Positions 12,270 through 26,400 of a DNA stretch of 64,000 bases are shown here, one piece after another (position 1 is the stretch's first letter; each line of letters begins with the position of its first letter). This DNA is from Blasia pusilla (lineage: Eukaryota), in NCBI GenBank assembly GCA_050084515.1, contig CM114271.1, forward strand, positions 12,524,001 through 12,588,000, read 5' to 3'. A model generated the notes under the pieces. The model was not told where the DNA came from and made no database searches. It saw nothing but the letters and a program-made list of their open reading frames with translations. A program made the position numbers and the translations under genes.

Positions 12270-12560
12270 AAGATTGTGTGTGGATGAGGTCCATGTCCAC
12301 AGACATGGCCATGTCCGTGGACTTATGTCACTTCTATGCAAGGAATAGTCCATGTGGGTCCCACTTTCCCCTTCTTTCTCATTCCCCCCCTCCCCCCCTT
12401 GCCTTCGAGTTCCGTATTCTCTCCTTTCTTCCTCCTTCCCCTCTTATTGCCCCACTTGTCCTTGCATATTTTCCATCATAAACTATAAATGTGGGTCCCA
12501 CTTCTTACAATCCATGTCCATAGTCATGTCCACACTTATCCATCCTTTTTTTTGCAACGA
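12270..12560 (+). mobile_element. Degenerate copy of the MITE at 33767-34214
   Basis: taagattgtgtgtgga...gtccatgtccacagacatggccatgtccgtggacttatg aligns with the 33767 TIR and is followed by a similar C-rich core. Confidence 0.65.
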
Positions 12561-12690
12561 TGTAGAATATGTTCATTAGAGCAATAATAACTAGAAAAAA
12601 ATTAATTAATTAAATACAATATCTTTCTATTCCAATAATATAATCTAAACAGTTTTAATATATGAAAATGTACTTGGTCTCATATATTTA

Positions 12691-13510
12691 CTAGTTAGCA
12701 ACTTAGCATGCCCATACTTCCATGCGGAAATGACTTCTTGATAATTCAGAAATATTTTTCATTTCAAAATTTATGTATAATTCATAAAAATTTAAATCTT
12801 ACAGGAATTAAAAAATTCACTTTTAAATAAAACTCAACTCCCCTAGTTAATTTCATTCCTCTATGAAAGTTTGAACAATATCTACTCTTCCCCTTTTATT
12901 TTTCCCACCAAAATAACCTTGGTTAATAAATTTTTAGTTAATTTTAATGAATCGATAAAATTTCCATTTTCCTTTCGAATTCATTTTCCTTTCCAAAATA
13001 TAACATGAAAAAAAATTATTATTTAAAAAATAAAAACATATATTTAAATTTTAAATTATTTTCTTAAACCTTAAAAGAATAAGAACATTCATCTCTTCTA
13101 AATAACTCCACTCCTCAATTAAAAATTTAATGATCTCCCAATCCCCTAAATAATTCCATCCTTCAATCTAATTCAAAAAACATTTATTTTTTCTCCATTA
13201 AAATTCACTTCCCCTTCTCGTTAAATATGAATCAAGAAAAAAAAAATTTATTCCTCACTTTATTATCATTTAGGATCACCCATTATAATCTTAATTAATT
13301 AAATTATAAGGTGTGAGGAAATAGAAAATACTTTTCCTCTTCCATTCAAATTCGTTCTAACCCACTTTTCTAATTCGTTGGTATCCTTCTAACCTTGTGA
13401 CTCAAAATTCTAAAAGGTTGCTCTTTTGTCTTATTGACTCATTATTTTGTCTTATTGTACTTATGGGATCGCCCATTATAATATACCGAAGGCCATCCAT
13501 TAATATAAAT
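12691..13510 (-). mobile_element. Non-autonomous AT-rich Helitron-like repeat (same family as 50930-51445)
   Basis: 3' end on minus ...gtatgggcatgctaagttgctaaCTAG|T. Internal blocks match the 51 kb copy, e.g. ttaattgaggagtggagttatttagaagagatgaatgtt versus ttaattcaggagtggaatcatttggaagagtagaatgtt. The 5' boundary is approximate. Confidence 0.65.
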
Positions 13511-16489
13511 TTATACTTTTGGAATAGCTTATTATATTATAAAAGTATGTATATCAAGAAATCTATTGCAACATAATCCATGCGGGACAGAAGGAGTAGA
13601 GCTTAAATACACCCCTTACGCCAAACGTTCACAAATATGAGCTCACCTGTACAATTTCCTAAACTAAGTCTTCTATTTGCTCAAAGTTATGGTGTTGGTA
13701 TAAACTATCACCTTTATTGTTGCTTGTTTGATATTTGAATGTTGAATTGAGACTTTTTTTGTCTGTGAAGAGTGCCGACTTGGACATGGTGAAGGCTCAG
13801 ATGGAGCAACAAAACCAAAAATTGTGAGAGCTTATGCCCATGGTGTCAAAGTTAGCTCAGCGAGATCAGCCACTTGCTTCTCCATCAGTATCCGTTGTTC
13901 CAACTCTTGCCCCTAAATCCACTCCTCCTACCAATGCAAACTCAGTTTCTAGTATGCTGGCATTTTGGTTTATTCTCTTATATTTAAGAAATGCTTCTTT
14001 AGTATAACTAATTATATTCCTATAAGTTCTTAAGTAGATCCCTTCATATAGTAAGATGCCTTCTTAGGATGATGATGACCATTATCAAAACTTGTGTATG
14101 GATTCTTTTTTTTAGTCTAAGACTCTAGTTTTCAAAGATGAAGGCCCACTTATTTTTTATCGTTTCTTATTTCTCTTATACTTGTGAAGGCGCAGGTGAG
14201 GATGCCTTTATTGATCCACATCCTCTAATAAAAGTAGGATTGAGAAGGAAGACTACTACCCCAAGTGAAGAAGGTGTAATGGCATAGTCCACATGCAATA
14301 CAATAAATTTTCCTTCATTGCCATATGATTCAAGACCCCAAATGTTTTTATATTTCATTCTGGACTAATGTTTCATTCTATGACTGTGGATATAGAACCC
14401 TTGGTTTGCCAACGGAGGAAGAGCTCCACAGAGAGTGGTGACAGACATATGACAGTGAAAGGATTCTATAGTTTTAGATGTTATTAAGTTGATGACTTGT
14501 ATATTGTTATGAATTGTGATTATATGGGATTCTATTTGACATTATTTTTTGCCTTGAATCATTGGTGGAAAGGTGCAAAATATCAAAGTGTAGACAGCGA
14601 GGATAAGTCCTCTCCGAAGAAAATGCAGAAGATGAAAGGACACGTAGATGTTGGGAATGAGCAAGGAAGTGATACGCGGTTTGGAGGTTCAAACAAATAG
14701 ACGAAGGTAAGCTCTTTCATGTAGGTTTACTATTCATATTGTTTCCTACTACATTTACTGATAATTATTTCTCTAGACAGTTACTTCATAGTGTATGACG
14801 CGTGAAATTCTCACATAGTCTACCAAGACAAGGATGGTCATTCAAGAAGGTAAAATATAGCATGCTTCTTTTTTTTGGTTTTGTACATTAATAAAGGATG
14901 TAAGGTTTAATATATTGACAAGTACAACTTTGTATCTACAATATTTTCAGTTCCGTATTCGCGATTCTGTTCATCTCACTAAGCCAAAGTTGAGCATAAT
15001 GGTCCTCGGCTCTAGAGTCATTACTGGTTTTGGAGGCAGGGAAAAGTTCCATGGGAATGACATTCCACTTGGCATGGTGAGAATCAACTTGACAGATGTC
15101 GCCGATCCGGATCACACCCTGTGGAATCCCAATACAGATGATGAACCGCCTCAACTTTTGGCGATGCATTAGGTTCGACCATGCTTTGGCCAGAAATGCA
15201 TACAAGGAAGTGTGTAGGTTAGAACCTGAAATGATCCAATTTTAAAGGTAGAGAAGTGTTCAAACTATTATCGCATATCAATTTAGATGGATTTTACACA
15301 CTTTTGGAACATCTTCACTATCTCTCAAACCGTTGCTGCCCAAAATGGTTTACATAAGAAGACATTGTCTTTTTTTCTCACACAAAATTTCTTTGTGTTA
15401 GTCTAGAGTAAATGAATGAGACATCTTAAGCTTCAAAAATTCTATTTTATTTGTTCTTACGTCACGTTGAGGATCTCGCCAAAATCAGATTTACATCACG
15501 CTTTGTACTTGTTTCAACTCTCACTTGCAGAACTCACACTTTACATATAAGCAAGAAAAGCAAGTTGAACTTGCTTGGCCATCATTCAAGTGCATGGCCT
15601 AGTTCTCTTTTTTCTTCTGATCTTTATTGGAATAAATTGATATGCTTTCTAATTGTACTTCAAGAAGTCATAGTTGAATGACTCACCAAGTCATTCTTGC
15701 TATATTGCATGAGATCTGATTCACAACTTCATAACTACCAAAGTTCTATAAGCATGACTACAGAAGTCATACAGCGATAACATGTATGCGAAACTATTCA
15801 CAATAGAATGATTCATTGAGATGAGTGTTCCTAACTAGGATGGTAAGCTTCATTGATTACCTTGGTCCAATTCCTTCACTACTAGTCATGACCAAATGAC
15901 TCCCATAGTCACATACATCCCAAAACCCTAGATTTTACTCATTTCATGACTAGGACGGTGAACATTAAAAACTAACCTGGTTCAATTACCTAACCAATCA
16001 TTATAAAATAACTCACATAGTCATATATGTCCAAAGCCCTAAAATTTATGGATTTTCATGACTAGGGTGGTCAACTTTAATGAGTACCCTGGTTCAATAT
16101 CCTAACGAGTCGTCATGAAAATATGACTTCCATAGTCATATAAGTCCCTCCTACTAACTTACTATGATAGACATATCTAAACAACTAGAAAATTTGTTCT
16201 TTTGTCCACATCTCATGTTGACGTGTCAAGTTTTACATGTCATGATAGTATTTTTCCATGTCACTAGCGTGACGTGGTAGTCCTCCCTCTATGACTCAAC
16301 CATTGAGCCATATAGAGAGGACATACTTCCACGTCAGCAAACCGTTGTAGTTACCCTAGTCATTCTAAATCTATGACTTAAATTTTGTGACTCAACGAGT
16401 CACTTGTCATTCGTAGTCGTGGATCATGATATATGACTGAGATGAGTCATAAATCCTAGTCATAAAACACAATTTTTCTTCTAGTGTAT

Positions 16490-18400
16490 GCAAGCCCTAG
16501 ACTTCTTGGAATTTGCAATTGTAACCTATTCTATACTCGAGATAACGTGAAATATGCAAGCCTAGGTGCAAATGCTGACCTAATATGTCGTAAAACTTTC
16601 CCTTTTACAATGGGGCCTTGACTTTTTTGGCTTGTCATGGCGTAGCCCAACATAAGTGGGAACGTGTGTTTGTGGTACTTTGGTCATGACCATATCTCAA
16701 ATTTGCAAAGTTTGCACTTGTCGCCATGATCACCGTTATGTTTGAGTGGATGGTTACTAGTATACTAGTTAGTTCATCTCATTTGTAAATACAATCTGTA
16801 ACCGTTGCTGAAGCGTTGTTTGCAACTTGGTTCTTTGTGTCAAAATTTGATATTATCGACACTTTACAACCAATGGCTAAAATTTGTACCCCATGAAATT
16901 GACTATCAGAAATCCAATCATTAAAGTGTGGGTCAATAGGAGAATTTGTTGTTACATGTACTTGTATGATCTCAACTGCACCAAATAGTTTGCGGAGTGC
17001 AACAATATTGAATTGTTTCACTTTGACACGGTGTACACAAACTATTTGAGTGTCCTTGTCTTTATAATCAGGATCTCTTTTTTTGTCCACAAACATGCTA
17101 CCAAGGCACTTATCTATCTCAATTTGTGTAGGGACGTTCAATCTTGATTTGAGAAAGAAAGTTTAGGAATTTAGGATCGCCACCATACCTTATGGCCCCA
17201 TGTAGGTTATATCTATCCATATTGGCAAAGAATGGCAAAGAAGAGATGTGGCAAAAGGAGGAGATAGGCTCGTTGTTGCGACGACATATAGGGGGAAACT
17301 AGCAAAGATCACCCAGTAAAATCACAAGCTTAGTTGAGAAAGGGTTCAAGTTAGGGCACATCTGGTGCAGTCCCATAGCAACTATTTGTAGGAGCCGGGT
17401 GGTGAGCATAGAGCACTCATCAATAACTATAACCTTAGCATCTTTTAAGCGCATATATTGATCTGAAGTTGTATGCATGTCTCCTTTCAATGGTATGCCA
17501 AATTTGGAGTGTATAGTGATAGCATTGTCATAAAGTCGTACAACATAAATTCCAGTTGTTGCTATCAAGAGTGTAGGAATGGAAGGAAATGACCGGTATG
17601 TTTGCATGAATTGGGTAAAGAATATTTTACCACAACCTGATGGACCGATGATGAGAACTCCGCTAGACGACAATAACCTAACTTTTTTATATCAAATGTT
17701 TTGCTCTCCATTCAATGAATGCAGTATAGGGCTGGTTGGTCATCATATTGGATAGTTTTGCCCACAATAGTAGAGTTATTATCAATATCAAAAAATAACT
17801 CTACACACATGTCAAACTAAAGATGACGCCCGAGAACATCAATTGCTTTCGATATAATCTCACTATCATGAACTTCACTCCAAAGGTTAGCAGCAACGTG
17901 TCTCCGGATTTTATCAACAATGCATGAAAAACTTTTGAATATGCCTCTATGAATACATTCATGTAGATATGTCTATACATGCAATACGATACTTCAGACT
18001 TAATATTCAAATCTGAAGGAAATATTACCCAATAGTATTGTGTAATAAAACTCATTCCATTGGTGTAAGGGATGGTATTTAGTAAATGATGTCCTATAAA
18101 TTGAGTTACCTACTAAGTCAACACTAAAGAGGTTGGTAGGGTACCTTGTGCCAAGTCTAATAACTTTGTGATCTATCTAGAAATGGATAAACGTTAGGTC
18201 AGACAAACACTCAAGCCGATGGGAGTATAGAGTTGTCAAATGTATGCATATTGTTGTCGCATTTCTATACAGACTAGTCCGCCTATGTGCTGGGCTACAA
18301 TCAATATATTCAACCTTTTCTTATTGTGTTTATATTAGGTCTTATGGAGAGGGCTCTACAATATTTTGTGGTGATACAATGTATTATGTACTCCATGTCC
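16490..18400 (-). mobile_element. Decayed Helitron RepHel, Pif1-type helicase region (pseudogenised)
   Basis: Walker A IIGPSGCGK, Walker B VIVIDECSML, LVILLGDL, and HTFPLMLGYAMTSQKSQG then LAYFTLSRV near 16540-16670. Stops and frameshifts present; upstream boundary approximate. Confidence 0.82.
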
Positions 18401-19619
18401 TTTATCACATGTTATGGAAGTGTAACTTGTGCATAAAGATTATCATAGAGTTCCCCAATAAGGGAGTATACTCCTCATGAAGCTCACTTTTGAGCACATT
18501 TTTAGATATCAAACTCAAAAGTGGGATCTTTAATACAATGCAATTAGCCTAAGTTAATATATTGTGCCTTGATTCTCTTCAATTAAGATCTATCATAACA
18601 TAGAATTGATATTGAGATGACATATTTTTCTTTATCATGTAAGGATTCACATCTCTTAATTGTGAACACAATGTGTATATTTAATGTATTTGAGCCATAT
18701 TTGAGGGTGAATGTACGCTAGAACATTGGAAAGTCATGTCCTTTACAAAATTCATAGCTAGATATTGATAAATCACAATTATATCTCAAAGAGCATATTT
18801 TTGTTTAAAAGATGAAACACTTTAGTTTCAATAGTCAGAGATTTTGAAAATTGATTTCAAATGCAATGCATGCTTGCATATGCCTTATGCTTATGAGTTT
18901 GCAAGCTTATCAATCTTGACAATGTGGAATGACTTGGGATATGAGAATTTGTAAGATAAAGATTAAATATCACAATTAACGATATCTATTGAAATAAAAA
19001 ATAGAATTATTAAAGAGATGGAGGCTTCCCAATCTCCTGTGAGAATTTATCAAGCGAAGGGGAAATTGAGATTTATGAATGTGAGAGTACGTGAGAGAAA
19101 TTTTGGTGATGAAATCCTCTTTATGCATCCTACTTTGGAACAATCTTAAGATATAAATATCCATCAACACACATGCTAGCAAGTTTATGGTTGAGTGTAT
19201 AAAGTTTGGACTCGATATGGACAAAAACAGATTGGGATTGATATCTAGTGAGAGCACATATACGTATACATGCAGTTGTATTTCCCATGTCCCCTTGTTT
19301 CAAGCACATTGTATAATATGAACGGATCTTAGAAATATTGGGAATGAATATATTAGTAGATTAAAGTATATCTGGAATATATACTCAGAAAATTTCTATT
19401 AATTTTTTCTTACATGATCTTTTAGATATTTTGTTAAAATGAACTATAGAAATATCTACTCTATTCATATAGATTTTTGTTAAGGAATTTTTATCTTCAC
19501 TTTCTCCTATTATAAAGTGATAAATTTAGAGAAATTTAATGTAAGACACATCAAAATCTTTCTAAATTTTTTCCTATTTATTCTAGATATGCATGTACGC
19601 TTTCTTCCACAATCATAGT

Positions 19620-20570
19620 TGCATCGGCTTCTCTTCCCAAAATTTGGGCTTTGGTCACACCTATCATAACTCCACGGAGATGCACATAGCTCGATGGATA
19701 ATGTGGGCCATGTCAAGGAGGGAGATATGTTATTCCACCAATATTTGAGATTTTCCGAATTCTTCTTCCACTTGCGACACAAGAGTTCAACCCCCTCTAA
19801 TGAATTGATTGTAGAAGGGCTTGATTGACTTCGAGATCTTGTCTCCAAGAATTTTCACCTTATTTTCTTTTCTAGTATTCTTATTAAGGCAACCTCTAAC
19901 TCTCATTGAGTTCATCTACATTCATACACGCTTATTGGGGGGCATGGCTTATTGCAAATCCACTTATTCCTCCCTTTTGTCTGCTATGAAGTATATTTTG
20001 GATACCACTACGGTTACACTTTGGACTTCTTCATCTTTTTCTTTTAGGTATGCCTAATTGTATATGTAGGGAGCCTATTGATGCAAAGGGTATCTGAATT
20101 GTTCGAAGTGCATATGGTGGAGAATATCCATATATGTTTCATGATATGTTTGGAGAGCTAATAGAGAGCTCATAGGATCAATCATTGTACTCCATGCTAC
20201 ATAATTGAGTAAAGCTAGCTACATATTCTATCTTCTACTTTACAAGTAGTCCCTCATTGACAAGTTGATCCCAAGGTACCTTTCATCTATTGGGGCATAT
20301 TCGGTTCTCGATTACACACATTTTGACTTGATGTATCTAGTTGTACATACTAAAGCTTCCGCATTAGACGCATCATGACAAAGTTGAGTTATGTGATGAG
20401 ACATGCAACATATAGTTTTACACCCTCTGCAGTGGAATTTTTGGGGCACTTACATATGTTTTTTGATACTTTCTTAACAACATTTGCTCAACATTCCATC
20501 GAGACTCATCAACATGCCTCTTCGTGTAATCCTTCTCTTTTCGTTGTATCTACTTATTATCAACGAGTAT
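19620..20570 (+). mobile_element. Decayed CRE-like non-LTR retrotransposon fragment
   Basis: Co-linear with 4600-5450 (e.g. tgattgtagaagggcttgattgacttcgagatct versus tgatcatagaagggcttgatcaccttcaagatct). Translates SFTPSAVEFLGHLHMFFDTFL...YYQRV. Confidence 0.6.
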
Positions 20571-20574
20571 GCGG

Positions 20575-20870
20575 CTCTGGTTTTGAGTTTTGTAACGCCG
20601 TATGTTTGGAAGTTCGGAGAACACTTATACAGTCAGGAGTAACACAGCGAGAGGAAGGGATGGAATAACATGGCATGGAATAACAATCTATTCTATTCCG
20701 TGTTAATGAGAGCATTAACACCAACACAATGGAGTAAGTGGGAAACTTTATATCCATCCGACTGTTAAAAAATTCATATCCGAGGGTTAAAAACCCGGGA
20801 GAATAACTTGCATTTTGCACGCTCTGCACTCCGAGTGGAGTATTGTGGGGGTGTAATAATACATCTCAAT
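20575..20870 (+). repeat. Dispersed MITE-like repeat related to 3150-3320
   Basis: Shared block described for 3150-3320; internal ggaataac repeats. Confidence 0.5.
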
Positions 20871-23433
20871 GACATTATAATCTGCACAAGCATTGACATT
20901 GATATGTCAAATCGAAATGGTGGATGACCGGTTATCTTGTCGCGCATTCACTTGGAAGCTTCCGCTAGTATTTGTGTTAAATTTATTCCATTATTTTGGT
21001 GTTAGAAATTTGTCATTTTCGTATTGCATTACATGGCATTTTCTCTTGGGGCGTAATGAGCTTCCTTTGTCCTCTTTCGAGCTTTTGTTGTTATTAATGA
21101 TTAATTTCTTTTTCATCCAGAAAATAGTTTTTTCTTGAGGAATTATTTTGGAAGTCATAGAAAAAGAGATTGCTAAACTAAAAATTTCTTTCAAAATAGC
21201 AAAAATAGAAGACAAAACTGCAATACCAAATGAAACTGAAGACTCGTGCCCCGTCACACCCGATTTTAAAAAGAATCCTTTCGTGTTCGAGAGAAACTTC
21301 TCCGTCCCTCCAGCACACGCGTCACCCCGGTAGAGGCGACGCGGCTCGCGAGTTGGATGCTCTCCGAGGACGAATGAGGGAACGAAGTGGAGACGAGACG
21401 CTCCCGAGTCCCAACCGTGCACATACGCGTGGAAGTTTGCGCGCCGAAGTTTTTGCCGAACCAAAGTGTGCGTGGAACGGCGAGGCTGTCAGCGCGAACG
21501 CCTCCATTAAGGAAAAGGGCAAGACTCATTAAACCGCGACAAATCTCTAGTCTCGTAATAGCGGCGTTCGAATGAATCGCTCACGCAATGTTGCCAAGAA
21601 ATCACGATTGATTATTTCCTTAGCGCGAGCTAGCTCGCTACCTTCCCCATCCCGCATGCTCCAAACGAGAACAGAATCTTCGTCGGGAAGAAAGCTTCGA
21701 GGCGCGAGCCCGACAGCTAAGGAGCATGTACTACTACCACACACGACTGCGAGTGACGGGACGAAGCCAAGTCTCTTCGGCAGAAAGGGAGCTATTCCGG
21801 GACCAAGGGCAATCACTCGCTTCGCAAGAAGCGCAGAGTCATTCACTGTTAACGAGAGCACGCTCGTGCTTGAAGGAAGAAAAAGGACGGGAAGAGTGGG
21901 TACGATCGAGAGAACTCACAAGGGAGGAATGGGATGCCTCCAGGCGATGGGAGGAGAATCACGGCGGTCGGCCGTGCTGCGGCCTGCTACTGAAGAGAAT
22001 CCTCTAGTAACTGTCACCGCCACCGACAGTACCCGGAGCACCAGTTGTGTCGCAGCAGGCCTCCGGCCTTGTGCGGACGAGAACGCTCGTTGCTGCGGCC
22101 GTCGGGAGAGTACCGTTTCAGTCAGACATTCAACGTGGAGGCGGCTTCTCGGGGCGGTTGGGGAAGTCTCGTTGTACGTGGGACATGGCAACACAGTTCT
22201 GGAGTGTCGCCAAGCTGAGTAATGGTACGATGGGCCAGTCAAGCCTGGAATAAGTCTGTGAACCATATTACAATCACGTCGTTTTGCTGTTGCGAATCTA
22301 CCTTCGTCTTAAAACCCATCAGAAACTCTGTTTAATAATACCGACCAGCTTTAATGGCAATGGCCCGTCGAGTCTTGCGAAAAACGTTCTCATCCGATTC
22401 CAGATATATATATCCTCCGGTCCGCTTCCTCGCGGTGACTCCCTAGATATTGCGTTCACCTCATATCGAGACGTGGACTGTCGGAGAGCACCCCACCTCT
22501 GTCTGTCCTGGTAAGACCTTCGGAATCATGAGCCTGGCTCACGGGCCAGATCATGTTTAACACGTTCTCACAAAGTAGCGCCTTCCCATCCTCGAGAAAG
22601 ACTTCCTCGAAATCGAAATGTGTGAGGCTTTCGACGTCATTACGTACGTCCCCACACAATCGCGCATCGGCGACATCTTTTCCGTCCGGGTGGCCGAGGG
22701 TCAAAAGCATCGGTGAGAGCCCGACGCCCCATCCTGGCCACCCTATCTACGACCCCACGAAGCATGAACCACACAAATCAATCGCTAAATGCACTCAAAA
22801 CGCGAACGCCTGTCCTTCGGCGCTCCCAGATAGGGCAAAGCGAACTGGTTCAGAAAGTTTTCCACTTTAATATATAACAAAGGGGACAAATACATAGGGT
22901 ATGTCAGTCCCAATCATTGACATGACAAAATTACTCGACACAATTTTCCAACTTCGAGGGAGAATCAAGTAGGACACTACGTATTCTTCTGAAAGCTGCG
23001 AGGCACACTGCATATCGTGAGCTTTCGGAGAATAAAATTCTACAAATGATTGCTTCTTACAAATCATCTAACTTTTCAGGTTAGTGGTAAGGCCCTTCAA
23101 AAATGAGGCCCTTCCACGAGTCGCCCTCTGTGTCACAAAACTGACTACTATTCCCGCTAAGTGTGAAGAGCACAAGAAAACTTTTGCACATCAAAAATCA
23201 CCTCTGAAGGTTGGACGCCCACATTGAGGGTCGAGAGGGGATTACTGATGTACTAGGACCCAATGTAGGTAGGATGTTAACAGACAGCGGTGTTGAGGCT
23301 ACAAATTGCTTGATTACTTTGAGAACTACAGGGCTGGAGTGTACAATCAGTGACCTAAGCTATGATACAAAACGTTGAAATACAAGTCGTTGGAAACCAA
23401 CCACCAAAAACCTCCACAATTACAGAAAAGCTG

Positions 23434-26400
23434 TCAGAATTCAAGGGCCAACGCGCGATGACGATTCATATCGCTTGAGTAATTGTCACTGCTGTAGTTG
23501 TCGTCAAACCGACTTGAGTCGTCACATTCACTCGCTTTGCGCGCTAGGAAATTCACGGCGTCCGGCAAATCAGCTTCAAGCTTCCCATCCACCAAGAGGC
23601 TCAGAACCTGTCATGGCGAGACACCTTTATGATCAACAAACATTCTTCTGACCACATATACCGCAGAACAGCCTCAAAAACTCTAGCTCTCCGGCTCTTG
23701 CCTTAACGGAAAATAGATTGAACTAGATCTTGTGTCTGGTACAGAATTCCGGCACCACACGCAAGAAACTAGACGAAGACCGTCAGAAACTAGACACAAC
23801 CTGGTGCGATTTTAGCACCCACGGTGGTGTGGTAGCACACAAAATTAGGTCGTACCTGGCTCATACAAGGTCGCCACACGGCTGACTGTCGAACACACAA
23901 CGTAGCTGCTAGCACAAGTCGGTGTAGCTCCTCTGAATCAAATGTTCCTCCTAGTTTTGGATCCACAAGCTCCTTTATGTTCTCTGTTTCCAGCAACGGC
24001 CTCGCCTGCAATTCCATATTAGACACATATTAGAGTCGCAATCAGTGGGCTGACTTCACAAGTGCTGGCCTCTCATGCAGTCGGTCGATCAATCTTTAGA
24101 TGTCACCTAAATACAGGAGCATCACATTTAACCAACAAATGTTCCAAAAAAACCATCGCGTGCGGTCGGAGGGACATACCCACATGACGAGGCTCTGCTG
24201 AGCAGCGTTGATTGATCTTCGACCCGTTACAAGCTCTAATAGTAGCACTCCAAATGCGAACACATCAGTTTTCTCATCCACATAGCCGTGCATAAAGTAC
24301 TCTGGGGCAAGGTACCTGCGGAGGACGACGATGTTAGATCCTCAACACATTCCCGGTCTGATCTGCGAACCCAGATCTCTCTAAGGAATAAGCTTGCGCT
24401 CATCCTCCACAATATCCTCCCAACTTCTGCCTCGTTCATACCTACGAGCACCAACTAATGGGCGTAATCACTATGAGAGAAATGAGGGTCGGATTAGTTA
24501 CCCAAAGGTGCCCTCGACAGGGGTCACAGTGTGATGCGTCCAAAGTTCTGGGAGCCACTTCGCCAGACCAAAATCAGAGATCTGCGGGAATGCACAAGAC
24601 TTGTTAGAAACTGCATCCCAACACTCTCAAATTCTGAAAAGGAGGAGAGAAGAAAAAAGATTCGTTTCCATTTGTACGAGTCCGGTTACAATACCTGAGG
24701 CTCGAAGTCTTCCGCGAGCAAAATATTGGAAGCTTTGATGTCCCGGTGAATAATTCGCCGGGGGCATTGCCTGTGTAGGTAGTGTAGACCACGAGCCACA
24801 CCGACTGCCACCTTGAACCTTACGGACCATTCGAGAACTAGGGGACTCACACCTGCAATTTCAGCGCTTCACAACTTGAGTGAACGAAACTATTGGTTGA
24901 ATCCTATGTACATACGATTTTGAATCCCGAGCCTGACATTACAAGAAAGGAAGGGAACAGGTCCAGACTACACAATCTAATGAGACGCTCAGCGCACATG
25001 ACTTACCGTAGAGAAAAGCTGCGAGACTGCCATGGTGTGAAAAGTGGAAGACAAGGTGCAATCCTCCCTCGATGCAGAACCCAATAAGCTCATTCGCGTT
25101 GGGATGACTGACATGGGATACTATTCCAAGTTCCGTCAAGAAGAACGTTTCTTTCTCCTCCTCGGTGTCCCCTTTGGTGAGCTTCTTCACCGCAACAAGG
25201 CTCCCATCAGGGAGCACTCCTTTGTACACTTCGGCATATCCACCTTTGCCGACAATGTTGCCTGCATCGAGTCCACATATTGGCCAAGCCATCTCTTAGT
25301 CGCCCTCCAGCAAGCTATTTTCGAACATAAAAGTCATCCAAACATCGACTGAGATCACGAAGTTCACAATGTCTTAGGAAGAGTAGTAGCAAACAAGGAA
25401 TCTGCACAGGAGAGCTGATTCCAACTAGCAGCATGCAAACATATTTATCAGGGTTTGTGGTGCACATATCCCAAGGCTGGATCCGGCATCTGGGCTGCTA
25501 ATTTCTCAGTACATCATAGTTTCGGTTCAACTGAGAGAGCCTCGTCAAGTCACCTGGATGAAAGTTCTCGGTGGCGGCCGACAACTGATCAAACGTGAAG
25601 AACTTCCAGTGAGGTTTGTCGCTTAAAGCAGAACATAGTAAAGCACCAGCCTGATCTCTGTCCATGCTCGGAGAGGGGCTCAAGGGAGAAGGACCTTGAC
25701 ATAGCTTCAGAACGCTCTGGGCTAGAAAATTGGAGGGGCTTCTTTTGGGTGCTTTCTGGCTCGTAGAGGGGAAGGTATGCCACCGTCGCATGGACATGTT
25801 CTTCCAAAGCGTCAAGCATGGCCTTTGTCTCTCTGACACAGTAACCGAATGCCTCCCTTCTTCGCTGCTAGACGAGAGAGGGGAGAGCAGAGACTTTCGA
25901 GCATTAGAAGGCGACCAGCCGCCTGGATTGTAGCTTCCGGAAGGAGAACTCGTGCACGAGTCTGCGAAGGATCCTGGACCATCGAGGACACCTCTCGGAG
26001 ACAACATTTCCTGTTGATCTTGGCATGCACTGATGTGTCCCGCCCTATCAACAGAATTTCGCCCTGGTTCGAACAACGTGGACTTCATGGCCACGCCCTC
26101 TTTCGATAAAACAACCGATGAGCTCCAAGAGACCCTTCCTTCAGATGAAGGAGACTTCGCTGTTGTTGCCTCCTTCAAGGGCTTCGACGAAGAGAACGAA
26201 ACTCTTTCCGGTTCCGATGAACGGCACTTCACAGGGGACGCCGCCTTAAGCGATTGTTTCGCAGTAGAGAAAGCAACCTCTACGCCCTTATAACTCGACT
26301 TTGCAAGTAACTCCTGAGTATCTGCAGTCCACACAATTACCTCCCACTCCGTTAATTCGGAACGAGTAGAATCGGGCTAGTAATCCACGACATCACCAGA

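Larger units (their letters stand above)
11631..16486 (+). mobile_element. CACTA/En-Spm-like DNA transposon (defective) with nested insertions
   Basis: Imperfect TIRs of about 45 bp: cattagaaaaaaaaacatggctttatgactagaaatgtatgact versus reverse complement of the right end cactagaagaaaaattgtgttttatgactaggatttatgact. Dense subterminal atgact/agtcat repeats at 11650-11880 and 15660-16470. Decayed TnpA-like exon (VITGFGGREKFHGNDIPLGMVRINLTDV...DDEPPQLL, about 14950-15170). Flanked by tatg on both sides. Confidence 0.85.

Noticed and set aside
15660-16470. Regular atgact/agtcat repeats resembling an array
   Set aside because: Explained as CACTA subterminal repeats; no constant repeat-spacer periodicity, so not CRISPR.
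17299-17673. Host Pif1 helicase gene
   Set aside because: Stops, frameshifts, a second decayed copy at 44 kb and the transposon context indicate a Helitron relic.
22232-22252. Partial miR166-like match (ccaggctt on minus)
   Set aside because: Only about 8 nt match and no fold-back precursor.
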